This document shows, piece after piece, positions 49,491-58,519 of a stretch of DNA of 64,000 nt. The notes under the pieces are model-generated. The model did not search any database and was not told the origin of the DNA. It saw only the letters and a list, made by a program, of their open reading frames with translations. Position 1 is the stretch's first letter. Each line of letters starts with the position of its first letter. The translations under genes were made by a program, and so were the position numbers. The DNA is taken from assembly GCA_965238275.1 (NCBI GenBank), contig OZ250186.1, positions 1,888,001 through 1,952,000 on the forward strand. Reading direction: 5' to 3'. This DNA comes from Nitrosopumilus sp. Lineage in GTDB: Archaea > Thermoproteota > Nitrososphaeria > Nitrososphaerales > Nitrosopumilaceae.

Positions 49491-50303
49491 GTGTCTGAGT
49501 ATTACACCGAGGGGGCAGAGTCCGGTGGCCGAAAAAAGTACATCGTATTGGGCGCGGCTGGAATCGGAATAGTGGTGGTGGTGGTGGTGGTGGCGTTGCT
49601 GGCGTTTTCGGGAATGCTGGACATTACGGTAAATGACGAGCCCGTTGAGGTTCCAAAGATTGATGAAAACAGGCTGTACGTGTTTACGGGCATGCAGGAG
49701 ATAATGGAAGGGTTGGACGTGCCGGAAATAGAGGTCGTCCCAGTCCAGGAAAACGTTGGCGGCGCCAACACCGGGCTGGTTCCAGCAGAGAATGGGGTGA
49801 TTGAGGACGTGCAGGATGGCGACGTCCAAAGCCTTACGGAGCTGGCAATAAACAGGCTCGTCGATGCGCGCGAGGAGTTTGGGCTTGCCGACGAGCCTGC
49901 AGACGACGACGGCGGCCTGACCATGGAGGACATACTTGGGAGTGAACCGCCGGATCCGGAGGACGTGACGCAGCCGGGTGCCGACATACTTGAAAAGGTC
50001 GAAGAGTTCAAGAAGATACCCGCAGAGCCCGTCCCCGACGGCGCGACGTCCGGCACCGTGACGTGGGTGCTTACCGGAAATACCATCAACATAAACGAAG
50101 TCCTGATACATCTGACCGGAGTGCCTGCAGGCGGCGGGGTAGGCGACAGGGACAAGCTGATGCGGGAATGCCCGCGTGACACGCTGGTGCTGTATACTCT
50201 TGACGGAAGGGCGGATTCTGACGGCAGCAAGTACGGAAAGGTGTGGTGTTACGGCTATCCCCCGACTCCGCCAGAGAACAGCGTGAACAGCATCCTCAAA
50301 TGA
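49491..50303 (+). CDS. membrane-anchored acidic protein with degenerate thermonuclease-like OB domain
   Basis: N-terminal TM; GTVTWVLTGNTINI..VLIHLTGV resembles SNase V..VIDGDT...IRL.GI without the catalytic residues. Confidence 0.55.
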   Translation: MSEYYTEGAESGGRKKYIVLGAAGIGIVVVVVVVALLAFSGMLDITVNDEPVEVPKIDENRLYVFTGMQEIMEGLDVPEIEVVPVQENVGGANTGLVPAENGVIEDVQDGDVQSLTELAINRLVDAREEFGLADEPADDDGGLTMEDILGSEPPDPEDVTQPGADILEKVEEFKKIPAEPVPDGATSGTVTWVLTGNTININEVLIHLTGVPAGGGVGDRDKLMRECPRDTLVLYTLDGRADSDGSKYGKVWCYGYPPTPPENSVNSILK

Positions 50304-50448
50304 TTGCCCGCGTGACACGCTGGTGCTGTATACTCTTGACGGAAGGGCGGATTCTGACGGCAGCAAGTACGGAAAGGTGTGGTGTTACGGCTATCCCCCG
50401 ACTCCGCCAGAGAACAGCGTGAACAGCATCCTCAAATGATTGCCCGCG
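50169..50448 (+). repeat. 136-bp tandem duplication
   Basis: 50169-50304 equals 50305-50440; TGCCCGCG microhomology at 50169, 50305 and 50441. Confidence 0.92.
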
Positions 50449-50674
50449 CGGCATGCCTGCTCTTTACGCGCAACAAGGCGGCACTGTGATGTCAAAAGAC
50501 GACAAAAAGAGGCATGATAAAGACAGGCTGACCGAACTGCAAACTGCCAGCCGGCCTGCAAGACAAGATTGACGAGTACAGTAGAGATTCGGCAAAAAAA
50601 AAGAACCCAACCACGCCAAGATGATGGCACAAATGCAGGGACGAGATCAACGAATTACACAAAAAACCGGGATG

Positions 50675-50896
50675 CTAATCTTCGCACATCTTGACCCCGT
50701 GTTCGTACTCGATGGCGTACAAGCCGTATGACAGGCAGTCCAGCATGACGGCTATCCTTTTCCTATGTTCGGCAGTGTCAGGATCGGGATCCTTTTGCCC
50801 GGACAGGCGCATGTATTCGGCACCGCGCAGCAGTTCTTTGCAGTAATTCATGACATGGTGGAGGTGAGGTTTGATAAATGGATTCTGCGTGATCAA
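50675..50896 (-). CDS. small hypothetical protein (paralog of 32309-32596)
   Basis: shared C-terminal YGLY..EY.HG.KMC.D. Confidence 0.6.
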   Translation of the reverse strand: MITQNPFIKPHLHHVMNYCKELLRGAEYMRLSGQKDPDPDTAEHRKRIAVMLDCLSYGLYAIEYEHGVKMCED

Positions 50897-51115
50897 ACCG
50901 GAACGTTCGTTATTCTGGCCTGAACATCTCCTATCTTCCTTATGGTGGTTGGCGGTTCTGCTTCAAATGCGGAAAAAAGTGCTGTTTTGGTTGCGGGAAA
51001 ATCCATTGCACAAAAATTAATTTCGCCTAATTTTCGTATGATCCATAATGTGATACGCTGTTACCCAACATATCAGGTGCGTTTTAAATATGCTGATGAG
51101 GTCGGCTAGCGCCCC

Positions 51116-51313
51116 CTATCCCAGATTGTCCACCCCGAACAGGCGTTCAGTCCGGATGTTGGGTTGGTCGTGTTTTGGCAATTCCCTGTTTTGGGAGACT
51201 TGTAGCGGCAGGCCCACCTGTTCACTCGAATCTTTGAAAGAAATGGCGCCCGAATACAAAATGTGGTTACTGCACTCGACAGCATCGTGGTGTATAGCGT
51301 TAATATACTCCAA
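51116..51313 (-). CDS. small hypothetical protein
   Basis: 65-aa ORF in host-like context; no motif. Confidence 0.4.
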   Translation of the reverse strand: MEYINAIHHDAVECSNHILYSGAISFKDSSEQVGLPLQVSQNRELPKHDQPNIRTERLFGVDNLG

Positions 51314-51330
51314 TCATTTCAACCAACGGG

Positions 51331-51714
51331 TTGACCGTATCGTCCGTATCTAGAATGCAACTGACCCTGGAGGTCCTGGGAAAGGCAAAGGCCACATGCA
51401 GCCTCAAGAGGCACCTGTCTCCAAGAACCGTCGGCATCATAACAAGATCCCTCCCGATGGAAGGCTACGTCCACATGCTGGGCAAAAACATTCTGTATGT
51501 GGAGACCAGCATCGATTCCGGAATCGAGAGGGCAAGATCCGAGTTCAAGAAGGGAGATATTGCATTTCTGCCGTCCACCGGAAGCATGTGCTTCTTCATC
51601 AACGATGTTGTCTCTGCCAAGACCATGACGCCGCTTGGAAGGATTGAGGATGTCGATGCGCTCTCAGGCGTCAGATCCGGCGATACCCTGCACATCTATG
51701 ATGATGCTGCCTGA
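51331..51714 (+). CDS. cyclophilin-like fold protein
   Basis: RHLSPRTV..I.RSLP, KKGDIAFLPSTGSMCFF. Confidence 0.78.
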   Translation: MTVSSVSRMQLTLEVLGKAKATCSLKRHLSPRTVGIITRSLPMEGYVHMLGKNILYVETSIDSGIERARSEFKKGDIAFLPSTGSMCFFINDVVSAKTMTPLGRIEDVDALSGVRSGDTLHIYDDAA

Positions 51715-52001
51715 TACAGGCGGTGTCCTGAATATCCGCCCACCGTCTTCACGGTTCCCTTGTCTGCCTGCTCCCTTAGGAAGGCGTTTGCAGTGGATAT
51801 CTTGATCCCTGTCTGCCTGGCAAGTTCCTGAACCGTGACCACCTTGGCATTTTGGATTATCCTCATGGCCTGCCGTTCGTTGATCCTGACTGTGATCTCG
51901 GCCTTTTTTGGTCCGCCTTCCTTGTCCTTCTTTCCCTTCTTTGTATCCCTGGACGATGATCTGTCCTTGGATGCTGGAGTGGGTTTTTTTGCTCCGCCCA
52001 T
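51696..52001 (-). CDS. rps25e: 30S ribosomal protein S25e
   Basis: MGGAKK Lys-rich N-terminus; KVVTVQELARQTGIKISTANAFLR winged helix. Confidence 0.85.
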   Translation of the reverse strand: MGGAKKPTPASKDRSSSRDTKKGKKDKEGGPKKAEITVRINERQAMRIIQNAKVVTVQELARQTGIKISTANAFLREQADKGTVKTVGGYSGHRLYQAASS

Positions 52002-52422
52002 GCCGATTCGGGCGGATATTCCTCTTATAAACGATGAATCCAGATGAAAATAAGAACCTAGTAATTATTCAAACCTCTCGTATGCATGCGCATCCATTTG
52101 GAGTCAGGCCAGACCGGCCGTCTGGCTTGGATCATGCGGCGTCTTGTATTCCGGATGGGATTGCCGGCCTGTTTGGTATTGCCTGCATGGCATGTGGCAG
52201 GCAACCCCTCCCCTGCCAAAAGGATTGCCGGCGTATTGCTTTTGGGCCCGCAGCATGAAATGCCCAAAATGGGTTTTTTTTGGCGGTACGGCCAATCTTG
52301 GATGGGAACGGCGCAAAAACAGTTCCGAAAAGTACCTGCAAAACCATCCTGCCCAAATCCTGACGGCGCAGACGCATCCCATTTTGCAAAACATACAAAA
52401 ACAAGACACTTGTTTCATTAAT

Positions 52423-54027
52423 GTGCAGACGAGGTTTATTTTTGTCACCGGGGGAGTGATGTCCGGTCTTGGAAAAGGCATAACCACATCGTCCATTGCA
52501 AAACTGCTGCAGCTGGCAGACCAGAAGGTCTCATGCGTCAAGATAGACCCGTACCTGAACTATGACGCAGGCACCATGAACCCTGTGGCCCACGGCGAGG
52601 TCTTTGTTACCGAGGACGGAGGCGAGTGCGACATGGATGTTGGAAACTATGAACGGTTCCTGAACCAGAACATCCCAAAAAGCCACAACATCACAACGGC
52701 CCAGGTGTACTCTGCGGTAATCGAGGCCGAACGGAGGGGCGAGTACCTTGGGGCATGCGTCCAGATAATACCCCATGTGACTGACAGAATCAAGGACAGG
52801 ATCAGGGATATAGCCCGGGATGAGAATCTGGACTTTCTGATTGTAGAGTGCGGCGGAACCGTGGGTGACATAGAGTCGCTGCCTTTTCTAGAGGCCCTCA
52901 GGCAGATGCGAGTCGAGGAGGGCTCCCGCGGGGTAGTCTTTGTACACGTCACACTGGCACCCGAGCTTGACGTGGTGGGGGAGCAGAAGACAAAACCCAC
53001 GCAGCACAGTGTCCAGGAACTGAGAAGGATAGGCATCCAGCCTGACCTCCTGGCGGTAAGATGCACCTCGCCGTTGCAGGAGGGCACGAAGAAAAAGATC
53101 GCGATGTTTACAAACGTGACTGCAGCAGACGTGCTGTCATGCCATGACGTGGACTCGGTCCTCAAGGTGCCCCAGATTCTGTACGACCAGGGAATCATGG
53201 ACTCGCTGTTTACAAAGTTTGGAAGGGTGGGAATGGTGAATGCCTCTGCCAACTGGGACAGATGGAACAGGATAGTGCGTGAGATGGCAGGTCACAGGGA
53301 TCACAAGGTAAGGATAGCAATGGTTGGAAAGTATGTCACACTCTCTGACAGCTACGTAAGCGTAAACCACGCCCTCAGGCACGCAGCCGCACAGATAGAA
53401 AGATCCGCAGACATCCACTGGCTGGACTCTGAATCCGTTACAGACGACTCGCTTTCCGGGTATGACGGCATTCTGGTTCCGGGAGGGTTTGGCCACCGGG
53501 GCTCGAAGGGGATCATCGGCGCTGCAGACTATGCGCGCAGGAACAACGTACCCTACCTTGGAATCTGCTTTGGATTTCAGATGGCCGCAGTGGCGTTTGG
53601 AAGATCCGTCATGAACATGCCTGGCGCGGCCTCCACTGAGATGGATGCCGATGCCGGCGATCCCGTGGTGGACCTGCTTCCGGAGCAGAAGGACGTCACT
53701 GACATGGGAGGATCACTCAGGCTGGGCGCAAACACCATATCGATAAGGGATGGCACCATTGCGCGGGGAATCTACAATGCCGAGGCCATCTGCAGGAGGC
53801 ACCGGCACAGGTACGAGATAAACCCGGGATACATCCCAGAGTTTGCAAAGAACGGCCTGCTGTTCTCTGCTGAAAGCGACGGCGGGAGGAGGATGGAGAT
53901 ACTTGAGATACCAGGCCACAAATTCTATCTGGGGGTCCAGTTCCATCCGGAGTTCAGCAGCAGGCCGGGATTCCCTGAGGAGTCCTTTGCGGCATTTGTC
54001 AGGGCAGCAGCAGCATCCGGGGGCTGA
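52423..54027 (+). CDS. pyrG: CTP synthase
   Basis: FIFVTGGVMSGLGKG, KTKPTQHSV, GICFG, RHRHRYE, QFHPEF; GTG start. Confidence 0.97.
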   Translation: MQTRFIFVTGGVMSGLGKGITTSSIAKLLQLADQKVSCVKIDPYLNYDAGTMNPVAHGEVFVTEDGGECDMDVGNYERFLNQNIPKSHNITTAQVYSAVIEAERRGEYLGACVQIIPHVTDRIKDRIRDIARDENLDFLIVECGGTVGDIESLPFLEALRQMRVEEGSRGVVFVHVTLAPELDVVGEQKTKPTQHSVQELRRIGIQPDLLAVRCTSPLQEGTKKKIAMFTNVTAADVLSCHDVDSVLKVPQILYDQGIMDSLFTKFGRVGMVNASANWDRWNRIVREMAGHRDHKVRIAMVGKYVTLSDSYVSVNHALRHAAAQIERSADIHWLDSESVTDDSLSGYDGILVPGGFGHRGSKGIIGAADYARRNNVPYLGICFGFQMAAVAFGRSVMNMPGAASTEMDADAGDPVVDLLPEQKDVTDMGGSLRLGANTISIRDGTIARGIYNAEAICRRHRHRYEINPGYIPEFAKNGLLFSAESDGGRRMEILEIPGHKFYLGVQFHPEFSSRPGFPEESFAAFVRAAAASGG

Positions 54028-54049
54028 TGAGGCGGCTACCCTGCCTGCC

Positions 54050-55051
54050 CTATCCTATCTTCGATATGACGTAGATCCTCTGTCTTGCATCCCTGGTGGA
54101 TACCTTCTTTTTGACGTATCCCTTCTTGAGCAGATGGCTCAGGGCCAGCCTGATGGTTCTCTCCGGGAGCAGCGTCTTGCTTGCCAGGTTCTTCTGCGTC
54201 AGGGCGCCTTCGTACTCTAGCGTCTTTAGGAGCAGCTTGGAGCTTGGCGGCATGCTGAGCAGATCCTCGGCAAGATGGACCTTCTTTGCCAGGGCAGATA
54301 TTGCAGTGGAGTCTTTTTTGAGCCTGACTATGCTGGCAGGCGGAAAGAACTGGGTGCACTCCACAGTCTTGCCCACCTTGTAGCGGTCCCTGCCGTCAAG
54401 GACAACCTCGCAGTGGTACCTTGCAGAGATGTCGTCTATCTCAATCGAGCTGCTGTTTGATACTATTATCGGCCTCCTAGTCACGTCAATGGAGTTGACA
54501 GAGATTATCCCAAATACTGCAGAGTCCTGAAACAGCACGGGACCGCCTGCAGACATGGAGTATGCAGAAGAGCCTATGGGGGTGGAGACTATCACCCCGT
54601 CGCTGTTGTCGTGCCACACCTCCTCCCCGTTGACGCGCAGCGTATGCTCCATGAGTATGGCGCTCTTTGCAGAGAACACTGCAACGTCGTTGAGCACGGG
54701 ATATACGCTCCTGCCGTCTATCTTTACTCCGAGACGGGGAACCTTGTCGACTACGTACGTTTGCGTCTTTAGGATGCCTGCGTAGGATGCAAACTCCCGC
54801 AGATCAACCTGTGCAAGGATTCCGTCTGCCTCGCCTTCGTTGATTCCCAGTACGGGCAGGGTCACATCAAATGTTTGATGAAAGTAGCTTCTGACTCCCC
54901 TGTCTCCGCCCAGGACTATTATGCAGTCTGCGTTCTGTATCTTGGATTTTGTAATTACAAACGACTTGATTCCAAGATCATCTAAAATCTGCTTGATGGT
55001 CCTTGCCGCCTGTTCGGTGTTGCCAGATCCGTAGATTCCTATCTGCACCAA
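54050..55051 (-). CDS. nadK: NAD(+) kinase with C-terminal HTH
   Basis: LGGDRG, VLNDV, DGVIVSTPIGSSAYSMSAGG; MarR-like tail. Confidence 0.88.
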   Translation of the reverse strand: MVQIGIYGSGNTEQAARTIKQILDDLGIKSFVITKSKIQNADCIIVLGGDRGVRSYFHQTFDVTLPVLGINEGEADGILAQVDLREFASYAGILKTQTYVVDKVPRLGVKIDGRSVYPVLNDVAVFSAKSAILMEHTLRVNGEEVWHDNSDGVIVSTPIGSSAYSMSAGGPVLFQDSAVFGIISVNSIDVTRRPIIVSNSSSIEIDDISARYHCEVVLDGRDRYKVGKTVECTQFFPPASIVRLKKDSTAISALAKKVHLAEDLLSMPPSSKLLLKTLEYEGALTQKNLASKTLLPERTIRLALSHLLKKGYVKKKVSTRDARQRIYVISKIG

Positions 55052-55123
55052 GAGAATGGGCCGTCAGGGTAATAAATCCATTCGTGGTGGTTTTTGCGGC
55101 CCTTTTATACAAACTGGGGCATT

Positions 55124-55315
55124 GGGGCATGACATCGCACTACGGGGTGCTGCGCCCGGTAACGCCAGGCGATCGAGAGTGGGTTGTGGTTAGTCCGGCA
55201 TCTGGAATCGGAGGGGCTGACCGAACGTGACATGGAAGGCTCTCGGTGTGCATAAGGGAGACGGAGTGCCGGGTGGAGAGACGGTAGCACTAGGCCAGAG
55301 TGAGCGGACGGCAGG
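55124..55315 (+). ncRNA. candidate structured non-coding RNA (unassigned)
   Basis: TATA-like TTTTATAC at 55103-55110; several nested stems with G-U pairs on the + strand; no convincing ORF. Confidence 0.45.
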
Positions 55316-55456
55316 CATGTGATAGCATTCAGTGTTTGCCCAAGAATGAAAATGTGCACATCATTACAAAACCGTGCCAAGATGAACGGAACATGATTTT
55401 ATGCAGCCACGCATGCGCAACGACATATTAGCACATGCAGCATCCACCAAAAGAGA

Positions 55457-56797
55457 TTGACAATTTTCACAGTAACGTGGCAGGACGTACAAGACTACCT
55501 AAGATGTCCCAAGATTGTGGCAGTCAAGACACGCAACAGTCTGCGCACCCGGACACCCATACGGGCTGCCACGCCCAAACGATCTGGTATCAGTACCCAT
55601 GAAATCGGTGTTGCCGGTGAAATAACCACAAAGCACATGCTCACGGGGGTTGAATCCGGATACGCATCGCCAGAACTGGGAGGCGGGCATCTTGGCAGTT
55701 CTGACTCCAGAGACGACCGCGCGGAGAGAATATCCCGCATGAAGATAGATCTGGAAAAGCACGGCGTGGCGCTGAACGGTGCCATTAGGGACATACTGAA
55801 AGACACCATAGAAGGCATGGACGAGATCAAGAGACAGATTGGTGACCAGTATGGGGATGTCAGCATCATAGGACGCGGCGAATCCCGCAATGGGTGGTTG
55901 CTGAGCACATCCAAGCCAGACTTTATCGCACTTGCAGGAGATCAGAAAAAGCTTGTTCTGGTAGAGGTCAAGAATACCGAGGCGGTAAACTCCACCGCGC
56001 ACAGGTTCCAAGCCCAGTTTTACAACACGGTGGGTGCAAAATTCGGCATAACCGTAATGGAGACGTACGGTCAGCCCAACTTGATGAAGATAGCGCCCAT
56101 GACCACGCACCACAAAACGTCAGAAACCATACTGGTCTATCCGAGACACGGCAAGTTCGAAGTGATCAAGGACAAGGTAAGTGTAGACAAGAAGATAGTG
56201 CAGGGAATCTGGATGGCAAAACAGCTTGGAATGAAGGGCAAGGCTCCAAAGACGGATTGCGACAGCAGCTGTCCGCACCACCGCTATTGCCGGCTTCCAG
56301 AGGGAAATATCGAGGTTGCAGTTCCGTTGCCTTTGGCATATTCAAAGGGCAAGGTGGAACACGGTGTTGACCTTGACTCCGTATACTGGAAACGGTTTCT
56401 CTCCAACAGCGGCATTACTGGTATCCGGTCCAGATTCAGGCTGGACTCGTGGTATGAAAAAATCGAAATTGGCAAGATCACCGATCCCGCAGAGCGCAAG
56501 TCCAGACTCGGGAGCCTAGAAAAATCAAAACGTGATTTTGAAGACGCCATTGTAGAGAGGACCGGGATCGAGAAAAAGTGGTTCGACGGCAAGGCGTACT
56601 TGAAAAGCGGTGGCACCGAGACAGACAAAGATGTCGAAAGGGACATGCCAAACGAGTTAGAGGCGTGGAAAAAAATCCTGGGTGCAAGGAGGCTCAAGAG
56701 TAGCAAGGTTAACGCAAAAAAGCAGGCAACGCGCATATACACGCTCCCGCAAGACAGCACAAGTTTTGTAAAAAAATCTTGGGGGAAGTGGATTTGA
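55457..56797 (+). CDS. Cas4-like PD-(D/E)XK nuclease
   Basis: YLRCP, KPDFI..LVEVK, FQAQFY, CDSSCPHHRYC (1+3 Cys Fe-S layout). Confidence 0.72.
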   Translation: MTIFTVTWQDVQDYLRCPKIVAVKTRNSLRTRTPIRAATPKRSGISTHEIGVAGEITTKHMLTGVESGYASPELGGGHLGSSDSRDDRAERISRMKIDLEKHGVALNGAIRDILKDTIEGMDEIKRQIGDQYGDVSIIGRGESRNGWLLSTSKPDFIALAGDQKKLVLVEVKNTEAVNSTAHRFQAQFYNTVGAKFGITVMETYGQPNLMKIAPMTTHHKTSETILVYPRHGKFEVIKDKVSVDKKIVQGIWMAKQLGMKGKAPKTDCDSSCPHHRYCRLPEGNIEVAVPLPLAYSKGKVEHGVDLDSVYWKRFLSNSGITGIRSRFRLDSWYEKIEIGKITDPAERKSRLGSLEKSKRDFEDAIVERTGIEKKWFDGKAYLKSGGTETDKDVERDMPNELEAWKKILGARRLKSSKVNAKKQATRIYTLPQDSTSFVKKSWGKWI

Positions 56798-56959
56798 TCT
56801 TGCTTCTGCTCCACTCCACATGCGCCCGCATCGGATATTCCTTTTATCCAAACATACATCTCATCTCACGCCGTCCGTGCTGATGCTGGTAAAGATCTGA
56901 ATTGCAGGCATTCACTGTTCTGCGGCCGCGGCGAGTTTGACAGTACGGTCAAGGACGGC

Positions 56960-57335
56960 AGAACTGGGAATAGAAGAACTGCTTCCAGCAATGCCGGCGC
57001 CAGTCAGCCGAACCTGCCAGCATCACGGCGCTGACTGCAGGTGTCAAATGATCGGATCCCCTTTTATCTGATTCAAATCTGCCTTGCATGCCAGAGACGA
57101 ACCTATTCCAAAAGAGAGGCGGCACGATTGTACTGCAGAGAAACGTGCACCACAAACTGTCCGTGGCCGAGGGAATGCATGTCTTTTCGATGCTTGCCTC
57201 AGTTGCCCACAAATGTCACAAGCAGGAGATATTGCCACGCACCGCTGGAATCACTCATCAGGGATCCAGACGGGACAATATTCAAACCGCCCCCGTGTGA
57301 AGAAGAAATACCCGCAATAGCAATCACGGCTTAAA
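56960..57335 (+). pseudogene. eroded IS66 transposase C-terminus
   Basis: IVLQRNVHHKLSVAEGMHVFSMLASVAHKCHKQ resembles the IS66 C-terminal motif. Confidence 0.4.
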
Positions 57336-57353
57336 TTATTGAGGAACCTGAGG

Positions 57354-57420
57354 ATATACAATTTATATACATTACAAGTTTATATACATACAAATATATA
57401 CACATACAAGTTTGTATAAT
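57354..57420. promoter_or_regulatory. AT-rich repeated boxes (TATATACA/TACAA), likely promoter and operator
   Basis: four TATACA-containing units directly upstream of 57412. Confidence 0.5.
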
Positions 57421-57699
57421 ACTGTGAATACGGGGCAGGGAACAAGACGTCATAGCCCCAATCTGGACACCGTCCTCATGGTCGAAAGGCTGGTCGCCAA
57501 AGAGCACGAGTTTGCCTCAAGACACCAGCTCTGGCGGGCGCTACCAAAGCAGGTCCAGTACCAGACGTTTAAGGGAATTCTGGAGTATCTGGAAGACTCT
57601 AACAAGATCATGGTAGACAAGAAAGGCAGCGTGACGTGGATTTTCACGGACAACCCAAAGCTGGAAAATCTGCACAGGGTTTCCAAAAGGCTGCGTTAG
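57412..57699 (+). CDS. winged-helix protein, putative antitoxin
   Basis: HSPNLDTVLMVE..LWRALPKQVQYQTF..ILEYLEDSNKI; convergent with a RelE-like gene. Confidence 0.6.
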   Translation: MYNTVNTGQGTRRHSPNLDTVLMVERLVAKEHEFASRHQLWRALPKQVQYQTFKGILEYLEDSNKIMVDKKGSVTWIFTDNPKLENLHRVSKRLR

Positions 57700-57709
57700 C
57701 AGCGTCACT

Positions 57710-58027
57710 TCAGTACCCAAACCTGTTTTCGTATTCCCCGTGATCCAGAACTTCCAGTATTGTGACTACTTTGGAATCGCTAGTTCCTGAAACCGTATAC
57801 GTCATCCTATGCCCTTTGCCTAGCCTTATCCTGAAGAGGGTGTGGATCCCGTATCTTCTCACATACAGTTTAGGCCAAAGGCTGCGTTTGATCCTGTCCC
57901 CAAGCTCAGGGTTCCTTTTCAGCAAGTCCAGAACATGGTCAATCTCCCTGTATTGATCCGATGAGTCGTCAAGCGACGAAAAAAACTTGAGAAATATCGG
58001 TCCACCCTCAACCATAATTTCAGTCAC
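57710..58027 (-). CDS. RelE/HigB-like toxin-fold protein
   Basis: LLKRNPELG..LFRIRLGKGHRMTYTV..ILEVLDHGEY. Confidence 0.62.
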   Translation of the reverse strand: MTEIMVEGGPIFLKFFSSLDDSSDQYREIDHVLDLLKRNPELGDRIKRSLWPKLYVRRYGIHTLFRIRLGKGHRMTYTVSGTSDSKVVTILEVLDHGEYENRFGY

Positions 58028-58163
58028 AGGTTTTCCAGATCTTTCAAGTCCAGTTAAGCATTTAGACTCTGTTCAAATAAGGTGATCTGACACATACTGG
58101 CTGGATGTTGGTTGGGATCCACAATTTTGAAGAGCCGGAATTTTGGAACGGAGCCTTGAGGAT

Positions 58164-58481
58164 CTAAAACGAATTTTTGGTGTGGTACCTATAGATAGTT
58201 GGCTTGCCCGCGGTGCTGTGGCCCGTATAGATACCTTGTTTACTACTCATGCTTGCCCCCACTCGATCTATTTTTCCCTGATCGAAATACTGATTCAGGG
58301 CCACTTGGATTTCCTTTTCTTCAAATTTGTTCAAGCGTCTGATGTTCGCAGCAATATCAGACGATGATTCGACACTCATGATCGTTGATTGTAATTCATA
58401 CAGTTCCTCTCGGGTATGACGAGTGTCTTGAAAATATCTGTCATCATAATCAAAGAAATGTGTGGTTGCCATGGTGGACAA
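58164..58481 (-). CDS. hypothetical protein, possible winged helix
   Basis: 105 aa; SSDIA...EIQVALNQYFDQGKIDRV. Confidence 0.45.
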   Translation of the reverse strand: MSTMATTHFFDYDDRYFQDTRHTREELYELQSTIMSVESSSDIAANIRRLNKFEEKEIQVALNQYFDQGKIDRVGASMSSKQGIYTGHSTAGKPTIYRYHTKNSF

Positions 58482-58519
58482 AAAAAGAGCCAGATTGTAT
58501 TTAGGTTTTACGTCATTGC

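Noticed and set aside
52060-52400. Possible MITE between rps25e and pyrG
   Set aside because: Short repeats (GGATTGCCGGC twice) but no clear TIR, TSD or second copy in the window
52144-52422. 93-aa N-terminal extension of CTP synthase
   Set aside because: Homology starts at VQTRFIFVTGG; the upstream part is intergenic-like
55124-55315. tRNA, SRP RNA or RNase P RNA
   Set aside because: No cloverleaf or TTCRA loop, SRP helix-8 motif or RNase P P4 motif found by eye; kept only as an unassigned candidate
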